From assembly GCA_043228905.1 (NCBI GenBank), contig JBHGNT010000020.1, positions 11,780,001-11,844,000 of the forward strand: 64,000 bases of DNA. The letters run 5' to 3'. Numbering within the stretch: the first letter of the stretch is position 1; every line of letters starts with the position of its first letter. The stretch comes from Azolla caroliniana. Lineage: Eukaryota; Plantae; Polypodiophyta. Positions 10,740-22,866 of the stretch are shown one piece after another. Below the pieces are notes generated by a model. The model was not told where the DNA came from. It was given only the letters and a program-made list of their open reading frames with translations, and made no database searches. A program made the translations under genes and the position numbers.

Positions 10740-13570
10740 AAGCAAGGGGATGATTTTATAATGGATCCGACAACAATAATTGCAATGTGTTCTCATTATT
10801 TCAAGGAGTTGTGTGACTCACGATTATTTTGGATTAATGAGGCATTTAGAGCACGCCATGAGTTTTATGATGTCATTAGATATATAGTACATAACCCCCT
10901 TCATCATGAGTTGGATGCAAATCTCATAGAAGATGATGAAGACATGGTTTTAAAGAATCTTCTTAGTGGTAGGACACTTGATTATGAATATTTCAACATT
11001 GTTGGAATTTTGGTTAAACACATTCGCATTCAGAAGTGGAAGGATCATGCATTCCATTATTAGATTCCTTTTATAATTTGCAATTTTAGGCAATTTTCAG
11101 AAAGTTGATACACCAATATCACATGTCATAAATAACATATAAAAGTCGCTACTTTTTTGAGATTTAACAAGTGTCAAAATGATCATTTCTAAAATTCAAT
11201 AGTTTTTCGATAAATGTATAAATGTTGATGGTCTACAGATATGAAATGTGGTTAACTTAAGGACAATCACAATGGTTAACTCAAAGAACAAGTTAAGATT
11301 AATAGTTTTACTATCTTGGGGAGATGTAGGTTCTAGAAGTGTCATCAACATCTATAAATTTAGTGCTCATCAACATCCATGAAGTCAGAACTCCAAAAAT
11401 GTAGACAATATTCATGAACTATCAAAACTATCAAACCTAGATGTGAACATTAATATATCCTTTGAACATATCACATTGTTACTAGGGTATCCACATTGCT
11501 CTCCTCTTCTTCCTTTTGAGAACTCTCCTCGAAAATTTGTGCAGTAGTATCTACTCCACATAGGCTAGCAATAGCAGGGTCCTCTACTAGCTCGTCGCCA
11601 AAATCAATAAGCTCCCTAAGTTCACCAGTTAATGGAGGAATTGGTTCATGCAATCCATGGTGAAAACGTAAAGGCTTTAATCCTCATGTGAATGAAAGTC
11701 ACTTGCTCATCCAACTTTTGTTGGTGTAAAGTCATACACAATGATTACCATCGACACAATTATTTTAAAAACAGAGATTTCAATACAATTCGATACAATG
11801 TAACGAATACAAATTGGAGTACAATTCGATACTCAGGTTTAAAGTGTTTTCATCACAATTCGATTCTTAGTATCAACTTAGGATCAAAGTTTTTATTTTA
11901 TTTCGAAAAATAATAATAATTCAAAACTTCAAACCTGAATTCAGTACTAAGTATCGAATTGTGATGAAAATATCACAATTCGAAACCTGAATTTGATACT
12001 AAGTATTGAATTGTGATGAAAATAGGGTGTTTTTATTACAATTCAATACTTAGTATCGAGTTTAGGTTTAAAGTTTTTATTTATTTTTATTTTGTAAGTA
12101 TCGAATTTTGATGTAAGCATCACAATTCGAAACTTGAATTCGATACTAAGTATCGAGTTCAGGTTTAAAGATTTTTTTTCAATTTTGTTTTCAACTTTTT
12201 TTCAAAAAAAAAAACAATCAACTCAATACTTAGTATCGAGTTAAGGTTTTTTTTTTTTAAAGGAAAAAAAATATAAAAAAAACTTTAAACTTAAACTCGA
12301 TACTTAGTATCGAGTTGTGATGAAAATAGAATGTTTTCATCACAATTGGATACTTAGTATCAAAATCAGGTCTCGTATTGTGATGCTTTCATTACACTTC
12401 GATACTTACAGAAATAAAAATAAAAATAAACTTAAACCTGAAATCGATATTAAGAATCCAACCAATTGTGATCAAAACAATTTGAACCTGAGTATCAAAT
12501 TGTATTGCAATCTACATTTGTTACATTGTATCGAATTGTACCGAAATCTTTGTTTTTAGAGTAATTTTGTTGATGGCAATCATTGTGTATGACTTTACAC
12601 TAACAAAAGTTGGATGTTTAAGGATGTCAACGATAGAAATAATAAAAGAAAACTACCACATCTAGAAGGTGTCTTAGATTAAAGGTGAACAAGATTTAGT
12701 GCACATAATTTGGAGACACCATCTGGTTTTAGATGAAGACAATGCTTTGATTGGTACATTTGGAAATGAGGAGGAAGAGTCATAATTCTATATTAGCTAT
12801 AATAGTGACTCTCATGAAAGGAGTGATCACAGTGATGCAAATAATTCCTGAATATATAATTTGTGCAACGATATGTAACAGATTTAGACAACATTTTATT
12901 CAATGATATACAAAAGTTGATTGTTTTGAAATCTTTTGCTTTTGATTTCTTTACGATCTAAAAATTAGTAGTTGTCATTTTTCCTTTAAAATACACAAAG
13001 TTACTTTTCGTATTTGGCCAAAATTTGACATTTCCCAAATTTAGCAAATGGGGAAATTTTTCGCATTTTCATCAAGTTTTCGAGAACATGTGATACTCTA
13101 GTATTAAGGTGTTTTGTGAAATGGCCAAAAATGCCCCAAGATTAGACAGAATATTCCTTATCCTTCCATTTGTGCGCAATCCTTCCACTTGTGAACGCGA
13201 ACGTGTTGTTAGATGGTTGGTCTCCTTAAATTAGTTCCAAAGATGACATCACCGAAGTCATTTCACCAATTGCAACCTATTTCATTGGTGGAGCACAATA
13301 TAAGGTAATTATAAAGGTCTTGGGAAATAGATTACAAAAGTATTTGCCAAAATTGATAAGCCCAATCTAGTATGGTTTCATTGAAGGTAGAAAAATATTA
13401 CTTAATATGTTGAATGTTCAAATATCCATGGATTATACACAACAGACTCATCAAGAAGTGATAATGGTGCACTTTGATTTGGAGAAATTCTTTGATCTTA
13501 TCAATTGGTGTTTTGTTTTTGGATTAATGCATACAATGGGCTTTCGAACATGTATGTCCCTCTTCCTTTT
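10740..13570 (+). mobile_element. Degenerate LINE (non-LTR) ORF2 relic, interrupted by DNA-element insertions
   Basis: 13290-13550 translates YKVIIKVLGNRLQKYLPKLISPI*YGFIEGRKILLN...FDLEKFFDLINWCF, typical of a LINE RT N-terminus. 10760-11000 (CSHYFKEL...LKNLLSGRT) fits the EN-RT linker. Confidence 0.65.
11708..12616. mobile_element. Foldback/MITE-like element with ~200-bp terminal inverted repeats
   Basis: catccaacttttgttggtgtaaagtcatacacaatgatt... at 11708 is mirrored by the reverse complement ending at 12616. The interior has many palindromic TCGATACT(A/T)AGTATCGA motifs. No TSD seen. Confidence 0.85.
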
Positions 13571-13649
13571 TTTTTCATGTCATGTCCCGAGAGGGATTTG
13601 TAATGTCTAGAATGAAAAGGATTTGTGCTTGATAAAGGCTTACTTTTTT

Positions 13650-16379
13650 ATTTTTGGGGTATCCATTGGGAACGAATGTTACGAATGGCCAAAATATTTA
13701 ATGGATGACGAATTAGTCAATGGATAAGTTCATATATTGGAAGCCATAATCTTGAGCATTTCATGTACACCTTAAAGTTGTACAATGTATAATTATGGAA
13801 CCCATGATATTAAGATGGAAGTTTAGAATGAACCATACGTATCATACGTGCATTCGCATTCGCGAATGATTCATACATACGCGTATGGTAAATCATCTCC
13901 AAGTTGGATTGGATTGACACGTTTGATTGGATTGAATATGGTCTATATTATATAATATATTGATTCACTCTCAATCCCAACAAGTGGACTATGTCATTAT
14001 AAACTATCATCAAACATTCAAAAATTCATAAAGCTTATATTCGAGAATATGAAGAAAATATGACACTAACAAAAAATTCTACTAGAAATTCTACTTGTTC
14101 AATTGACGTAGAAATTTGTTTGAGGACTCTCACTAGAATGTGCCTCATTACTACCAACAACATAACTGTCGTCAATGTCCTCATCTTGCATACTATTGAG
14201 GATATCATTTGAATTTTCAGTATGTAAAATTTCTCGCTCTTTTTGCAAGTTCAATAATCTTTCAGCATCTTCCTCTTTATCAACCATTTCCATTGTAATT
14301 TCCAATGGGGTGTAACCTCTTTCTTTGATCCTCTTGAGAAGCCATAAATTAGTGTGCAAGTACACTAATTTCTCCACATGGCATGGGGATAACCTGTTTC
14401 TTCTTCTTGTATGTATGAGAGAAAATGTATTCCAATTCCTTTCACATGGAGATGCACTAGAACCTTGTGAGAGCACATGAATTGCGAGTTTCATCAAATT
14501 GGGAGTAGTTGTTCCAAATGCTTCCCACCACATAACTGGAATTTTCATTCTATTTAAATCCTTTGCAAATGGAAGACGAAACATATAGCATGTCTGTTTT
14601 CTATAAGCATAAAACTCATCTATCAAGGCATCTTGCAAAACTTGATTGCCACTAGCATAACGCATGATTGTTGTCATCCAACCAGTATTCAACATATTAT
14701 TTATTTCTTGACCATTTCCAGTCCATATTGGATGCAAAACATACCCTGTAAGATGTAATGGAGATTGCAACATTGACCATCTATTTCTGCAGCATAGTTT
14801 GATTTCATCAAGCTTCATAGGATCAATTTCTATCGAAGACATATTATTTATTTCTTTGATCATTTGTTGCGTAAGATCATAAATCAATCCCATTGTAGCA
14901 CCCTCCCTATCTGCTAAACGAAGTAGTTTCAAAATTGGTAAGCATAATGTCACTATCATCTTCACATTTGACCAAAATCTAGCATCAAAAATAATTGTAA
15001 CTAACTCCTCAGCCTTCTTTGTTCTAGATCCCTTCCATTTGCCCCATTGTTCACTGACCATCATTCTTCTCAAACCACCATATACTCTCTCATCTAGCAA
15101 ATTCGAAAGAACAATAAAACTATATATGCAAACCTTGTATTAGAAGGTCTAAGCAATTCTTTTTTACTAAAACTTCGAAACATTGCCAAAACATTTTGTT
15201 TTCTAGTTATGAAAACGGTAATCTTCATAGCTGATCGCAAAGTGTTATCAATCCAAGCCAATTTGGCGATATCCTCAAATAACAAATGTACACAATGGCA
15301 TGTGCATCTAGTATAGAAAATTGATGGCCACTCTTTCTCTATCATCTCCCCTGCCACCACACAATTAGTAGCGTTATCCATACAAACTTGCACTACATTC
15401 AATGGTCCAACTTCGAGAATAACATCTTTTAAAATGTTAAAAATGTATTCTCCTGTCTTAACATGAACGCTTGTGTCCACTGATTTCAAAAATACTGAGC
15501 CATACATAGATGATGCCATAACATTAATAATCGGTCTATTTCTTGTATCAGTCCAGCCATCACTAACGATTGTGCATCCATATGTTTTCCAATATTCTTT
15601 CATTTGTGATAAATCGCGTTCGATAGATTTAATTTCTACATTCAAATACTTATTGCGCAATTGATACGCAAATGGTGGTTTAAAAGAAGGCCCAACTTGT
15701 CCAACAACCTTAAGCATATCATGGAAAAATGAACTTTCTACTTTTCCATGTGGAATATCTTCAGCATAAAATAACCTTGCTACTGCCTCTTCTGCATTTT
15801 TCCTTAATTGCATATTCCATGCCATTGGTAAGGAACTATTTGCATCCAATTTCATTTTTTTCCTTGTTTCACTACATGCTTGAGCTTGAGATACATTATG
15901 CATTTCATTTTCAGAAATCAATGCAGAAGTAATACTTTGATTTTCATTTCGAATAGGTGCATCGACATCTGAAACAACTTCCTCACTTGCAATCCCCATT
16001 AATCTCTTGATTTGTTGTTTTACATCATTACTTGCATGTTTACATTTCTCCATGCCTTGTCCTCTCAATCCCAATAAGTGGACTCTAATCCGTTGTGGAC
16101 CACCAACATAAGTATGGCTGCAATATTTGCATTGCATCACATGCATACCTTTGGGATGCTTCTTAAGAATCAAGATATGGTTCCATTCTTCACCCTTTTG
16201 TCTACCCATTTGATTACCTAAATTTCACAAAAATTGTAGAGCCAAAGCTACAGAGAATTGAGGACTTACTGATGAAGACAGAAGCAACTCTGTTTTACAT
16301 ACAAGTTTGGAATATTTGGGCAAGTTGTATGTTGTAGTTGTTGCAATGAAGATGTTGGGGCAAGGCTTGCAACAAAGTC

Positions 16380-16419
<40 letters not shown>

Positions 16420-16611
16420 GGGGGAGAGGGAGCGACACAGAGAAACAGAGAAGCAACGTCTCTTAAAAAAAAATACCAAAAAGGGGGAAAAAAAAAGGAC
16501 CACACATTTTTCCCGTTTCAAACGTGTTCGTTTCCAAACGTATTCAAACGTTTGGATGCCTCCACGAACACGAATATTACGTTCTATGGATGGAACCATT
16601 TACCAACCCTT
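13650..16611 (-). mobile_element. hAT DNA transposon
   Basis: Contains the transposase ORFs below. Subterminal regions are rich in cgaat/attcg/acgt motifs. Candidate right TIR AGGGTTGGTAAATGG at about 16596-16610. Left end not resolved. Confidence 0.8.
14099..16209 (-). pseudogene. hAT transposase (zf-BED, DUF659, C-terminal dimerization domain) with a single frameshift
   Basis: ORF 16209-15094: CKYC...H BED finger, SDGWTD, DNATNC, CTCHC. ORF 15100-14099: WWEAFG, SASPCERNWN, LVYLHTNL. A 2-bp excess in the TA run at about 15120 separates the frames. Confidence 0.9.
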
Positions 16612-17804
16612 AAGCACTTGTAATATTGAACTTATTTATGCATATAATGGCTCCTAATTTTTCATTATTGTAAGACGTGTTCAAACTTCACACTCACAAC
16701 GATACAACAATGGATATTTGTTGTCTAATATTTCATTGAGGATGAAGGTATAACACATTAGAGGATAACAATGAATGCATTATGGTGGAAGTTGCTTAAT
16801 GGAAATATTCTACTTAAAATTCCTTGTTCTTCACGAATTCAACACTTGGTTGTCTCATGGCATGAGTTTGTCTCACCTTATTTGCATGGACATCATCATT
16901 AAGTAGAGAGCATTGTAATTGTTTACAAAAAAAGTTACTAGCATCTTCTTGATTATAATGTTAGCTTGGAAATACGAGTGCATTCTTAGTTTAGTCACTT
17001 GTTTTGTTTGGGGGTTTAAGAGGTGGGAGATGTAGTTGAGACTCTTCTTAGGTGTAAAGGCCCGTACCGTAGTTCACAAATTAGGTAATTATTCGTACAT
17101 GTGAAAACATTGTTCACCTAGACAGGACACCTCCTTTTGTAATGTGAGCACACCTTTTTTAGGGTTAACAATATAATAACCTTTTTCTCGTGTACCAATT
17201 AAGGTGGTTGGGTACACAAAAAATCGGTGTGGCTCTTCTCTCATTTCTACTATAGTCCAGTTTGCTGAACATCATCCCTCAATAACTGTCCCCTCAAACA
17301 TCTCTCTTTACCTTTAACTCCACTGCAAAGAGTTGTGGAGTTTGTTGGCACATGATGACTATTATGCATCTCACCCAATTATAGGTTTATCTAGCAACAA
17401 CTATAGAATATAATCATGGTTTCATATACCTCATGGATACGACTTTGTTTGACAATCATTATCTACTTTCGGGGTTCTTATGGACCCCTATTCCGAAATT
17501 GAGGCGCAAGAATAAGAAAAAGACAACAATCGTGGTGCGCACAAATGGCATTGATCAGAAGAAGTTGATTGAAGGTCGAACATGGTCAGCGGTGGAGGGT
17601 AATGTTCGACAAGCAATATGTATATATTTATTTATTTACCCGATGCGATGCAATGGTGGTGTTGATGCGAGATGACAATCTCATCGTCCATTTTTGTTTG
17701 GTGAGCAGGTGGTTGTTGTCATTGTCCGCAGCTTTGTCGGTGGTGTTTTTGCTACTTTAATCGGGTGTCCGCTACTTTTAAGTAATAAAAGAAGCATACA
17801 CAAT

Positions 17805-17960
17805 GAATACATATACATATACATACACACATGGATATACATATAGATACACATATACATATACATATATACATACATGCATACATACATACATACATAT
17901 ATATATACATACTCTGCAGACTGCATCTAATGCATACATACATATATATATATATAAATG
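17805..17960. repeat. (TA/TACA)n compound microsatellite
   Basis: atacatatacatat... run upstream of RPC9. Confidence 0.85.
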
Positions 17961-18054
17961 TATCTACATAGTTCTAACTCTGCAGACAGACAGGGCAGGG
18001 CAACAAGGAACAAGTGGAGAGCAGAAGAGCTTCAAAATCCAGTAGAGTGAATCA

Positions 18055-18067
18055 ATGAAAGTGTAAG

Positions 18068-18113
<46 letters not shown>

Positions 18114-20108
18114 TCCTTAATATGTGTTTTCCTTTCTTCTCTCCTCTCCTCTTTGTTCTTGAATTTCATGGGTTGCTCTGTTTTTCTCTGCTCGGACATA
18201 TGCATCGACGACACTCACAGCAAAAACGCCAACTCCGGACTTCTCTGCAACTTCGAGGTTATGGACCTCCTCCGCTCCCGAGGAGCTGACCATGAAGACC
18301 TCAAATCGTTCGGTTCCGTTACCCCCTCTGAATGCCAGGTTTTTGTCACCCATTTGCTATTTGAAAATGTGTATATTGTATATATATACATCTAAACACA
18401 CACATACATATATGAATTTATATATGTGTGTGTGTATATGTGAGATGATTAATCATGATCATATGATGGTGCTCCCAACTTTTAGGTGATCTCCCCTTAA
18501 TACCTTAAAATTTTACTGTTTTAACCCCCTTTGTGCCCCTGAGTTTTTACATTAATCTCCCTCTTCCCCTCCCTTTATGCTCATGAGTTTTCCATTATCC
18601 CTTGCCCCTTTGTGTGTGGTCAACAGAAGGAAAGAAATGAGAAGGGATGAATTCAACTTAGAATTGCTCCAACAACATATACATGATCAAGAAAAGCGGG
18701 GTTGCTTTTGGGCAAATTTGAAACCCTAGGAGGGGTATTTCTGGGGGAATAAGAATAACTCAGTATGTTGCATTCCAATCATTATTTAACACTAACCATC
18801 TACTTTATAAATCTGTCATTGATACGCATATATTCTGGGTCTTGCTTGAATCCCCTCAGTTTTATGAATATGTTATCTTTCAAACAGATTAGTTCTCCTG
18901 CATCAATCAAGTATCTAGTGGAATGATTAGATCTTCGCCAAAACTCACTTATGAGAGTCTCTTTCACTATTTCTTTCTTTCTTTGGATTATGTGCCTCTT
19001 CTTCCTTCATAAGATATTTGAAATATTGAGATTTCATTGAAAGGTATGGTTAATAGTATGATCATATACAGAGGAGCCCAGGTATAGGTACAGTAAAATT
19101 TCTTTTGCTGTGGTTTCGGTCATATTTGTTTCCGTGGTTACAACAAGAACAGCATATTCTCTTTTGTTTCATTTTTTCTTCAAAAAGTATGGAAACAGAA
19201 GTTTTCTTGCCAGGTTTATGAGTATCTTTTGCAAACACCAGCTGGCACACAAACACGTGATTCATTGCAGACGTTCTTCAAACAGTGCGAACAATACAAT
19301 CTCACAAAAGCAGAGCGTCTTCAAGCTTCAAATCTCCGACCATCAACTGCGGTCGAAATCCACATGGTATGGAAAAGCTTCCTTGCAAAATGGACAATTT
19401 CAGTAACATCATTGTTGCCTTAGTGTTTAGAGGAAAAATAAATATTGTTATTTAAGTTAACAATTTTGTTCTTGATTGAGACAAAGGGCACCCAATTTGG
19501 TAATATATTCATGAAAGATGTAAGACATTTGATTCTTGGATACTAAGGCAACAAGTAATTGATACAAAGTAATGTATTCTTGATTGATATGAAGAGATTC
19601 AACTAAGTTCTAGAAGGTTGGTTCTTAGTAGGTGTACTCCAACTCCCAAGGAATTGTCAATTATTTAAAACAATGGGTCTTCACATATTCATAATACCTC
19701 ATAGAAATTGAAGAGCTGCTAAGCTCTTACCCACAACTAGATTGACTTTTTTCAGCCGTCTTTCCTAAATTTGAAGAAAAGTGGGGTATTTTTCAGAATT
19801 GTTTTGGTATTTTCTTCTAAAGTTTTTACTGTGCCTTTAGTTTAATATGTCATTTGACATCTTCTTGTGCACACCTCAAATAGATAATTGAAGACTGTGA
19901 AGAAAGGATGACTGCAGACGTGGTTGATGAGTTCCTCAAAGTAGTTGATACGTTGCCAAAACCTCCAGAGAAACTTGAAGACGAAGAAGTGGAAGGAGAG
20001 ACTATGCAAGAACAGGATGATGAAGGAGAGGGCGATGATCAAGAGGAAGAGATGGCTATGCATGAAGAAGACGAAGGCAATGATGATGGTGAAGAGATGG
20101 CTGAATAA
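18055..20108 (+). CDS. RPC9: DNA-directed RNA polymerase III subunit RPC9/C17 (CRCP, Rpb4-like family)
   Basis: Exons 18055-18062, 18221-18338, 19214-19366, 19884-20108 with GT-AG introns. Spliced protein: MKVKNANSGLLCNFEVMDLLRSRG...VYEYLLQTPAGTQTRDS...LTKAERLQASNLRPSTAVEIHMIIEDCEER..., then an acidic tail. Matches plant RPC9 motifs (NFEV, VYDYL, LTKAE, NLRPS). Confidence 0.88.
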
Positions 20109-21376
20109 ACTCAAAAACATTCCTGCGATTATTACAAGGGAAAAAACTGTTGCGTAAACATAGAAGATCATCCAAACATTTGGAAACAATGTCTCCCTCT
20201 TATATTCAAGGCTTCTTTGGAATGGTGCAAAACAAAGTGGAGGGAGTGTCTGGAGAACTGGTTTTTCATGTTGTGGATCAGATCAAACCAATTGAGTGCA
20301 ATGACAATGGATTCAGTGTAACATGAATGGATTTGAAGTTTGCTTGTCGCTGCAGCGTTACTTCTAAAGGTCATTTTGAAGCATTGGATGATGTTTGTGT
20401 TGCCATCAAAAAGTACTGGTACTGAGGAACAAATTTGTATGATAGATGGGGGAAAAGAAATTTTGGAGGGTGACTGTTGGTGACAGAAAATGATTTTGTT
20501 TTGAATTGGTGACTCTGGTGAGAACTCATTAAGTTCAAATACCATTGATTTTATTAAATTTCTTACACTAAAGATGTTACTTTTTGTGCAAATGACATGG
20601 GCTCTCTCGAAATTAGAAGCAAATCCCAGTTTTGGAAATGGTCCTAAGTACAAAGAAAATGAAGAATTTAATGACCAAAAACCTGAGAAACTCTGAAAGT
20701 ATGGTAGTATTATCCACAATAACTTTTCACTTTGTTTAAGTGCAACCCTTTCAGATTATTGAAGGTATTGTCAGGGTTGACTTCTTTGTTAAGGTATTTA
20801 AACTAGAGTGTCAATCTTTATAATCATTATGTGCAGGCATCTTATGGTTACATCTTACATATGGGTTAATTTAGTTTAAGTGGGTTATATATATTGACTT
20901 GTTCTTGATGGAAAAGTAATTTACAAAGAAATGCTTAGACACATTAGGTTCTTTATTAACAAGAGGTTTTAACATTTTAGAAACCAATTTTAACATGATT
21001 ATAATTTATCATACTCTCCAGCACAGATGATTGCGCGTGCGTATAATGCTTGTATAATGCTTGAAATGGTGTATTACTACATTTTACTATTGCAATTTGA
21101 ATTGGAACTTAATGATGAGCCTATTCTCTTACATTCTTCTTCCACAAACTTGGGTTTTCGGAATCACTTGTTATTTTTCCCCTTCAGTCACTTTCCCCAT
21201 CCCTTTGCTTTACCTGGTCAGCTCCAATATTTTTTACTGTCAAATTCTCCAGACCTATTTCATTTATAAGTTTTTCATTCTTCTATACCTACCGAAGTCT
21301 TTCCAAGGATGCCATTCAATAGCCAAATTAATTGTCTTTCATTCTTCAACACATTCCTCTATTTACACTCCTTAGA

Positions 21377-22271
21377 ACGATTTTGTTCATACTAAATAAG
21401 CAGTAGAAGCAGAACATTTAAATTTACTATCAATTTAATAAGCAATATGGACATGCAACTAGAATTACAATAGCAAAGATAATTCTATCTACATCTATAT
21501 ATTCGACATTCATATCCCAAAATTTATTTCTGTACCGCAAGCAATTCATTCAGTGTTCACAGTTTTCTCGGATGGAATGAAACATACATACAAAAAGCAC
21601 GATATTGTTCATACTAAATAAGCAGTAGAAGCAGAACATTTAAATTTACTATCAATTTAATAAGCAATATGGACATGCAACTAGAATTACAATAGCAAAG
21701 ATAATTCTATCTACATCTATATATTCGACATTCATATCCCAAAATTTATTTCTGTACCGCAAGCAATTCATTCAGTGTTCACAGTTTTCTCGGATGGAAT
21801 GAAACATACATACAAAAAGCACGATATTGTTCATACTAAATAAGCAGTAGAAGCAGAACATTTAAATTTACTATCAATTTAATAAGCAATATGGACATGC
21901 AACTAGAATTACAATAGCAAAGATAATTCTATCTACATCTATATATTCGACATTCATATCCCAAAATTTATTTCTGTACCGCAAGCAATTCATTCAGTGT
22001 TCACAGTTTTCTCGGATGGAATGAAACATACATACAAAAAGCACGATATTGTTCATACTAAATAAGCAGTAGAAGCAGAACATTTAAATTTACTATCAAT
22101 TTAATAAGCAATATGGACATGCAACTAGAATTACAATAGCAAAGATAATTCTATCTACATCTATATATTCGACATTCATATCCCAAAATTTATTTCTGTA
22201 CCGCAAGCAATTCATTCAGTGTTCACAGTTTTCTCGGATGGAATGAAACATACATACAAAAAGCACGATAT
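21377..22271. repeat. Tandem repeat, four copies of a 222-bp unit
   Basis: gttcatactaaataagcagtagaagc... starts at 21385, 21607, 21829 and 22051. Copies appear identical. Confidence 0.95.
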
Positions 22272-22866
22272 TTCGCGTGCATGCAGCATATCCAATATTC
22301 TATTTGTGTAGATAAAAACGTCATCAAAGTTTTCTAGCATGGAATGAGACATCACATTGTTTTATTTATTATTTATTGAGGTGCTACGTATAAATGCACA
22401 CCAAAAACACAACTAATTTCTTATTGCATCATTGTTTTCAGCATAACAGAAATCTTAAGCTCATCGAAAGAAAAAACATTTTCTGAGTGCATATCCAATA
22501 TTCTATTTCTGTATAGAGAAAACAAAGTTTTCTAGCATGGAATGAGTCACATCCCAAATTTCATGATTCATTGAGGTGATCCCAAACAAGTTGATAGAAA
22601 GAAAAAACATTTTCTGAGTAACAGGAAATCGAGCACATTTTCCTTTGATCACTAACATTGTTTTCTGTATATACCAAAAACATATTTCACATGCGTACAT
22701 GATAATTTATTGCTGTATATCAAAAACCTTTTACTCTTCTGCAAAGAAAGGTAAACTTTGGAGTTTTTGTACATGGATTCAAGCATTATGCTTTTCATCT
22801 ACATTGACTGGAATCAGTGTTTGTGTATGAATAATTCCAACCCTCCGAAAACCTAAACCTTATTCT

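Noticed and set aside
16225-16657. ORFs across (GA)n tracts here and at 37430-38137, 45909-46556 and 60226-60528
   Set aside because: Low-complexity translations of microsatellites (SLSL, RERE, HTHT).
20168-20719. 183-aa minus-strand ORF
   Set aside because: Antisense to the RPC9 3' region, no recognisable motifs, non-ATG start.
21377-22271. CRISPR-like array
   Set aside because: Units are identical with no unique spacers, and the context is eukaryotic.
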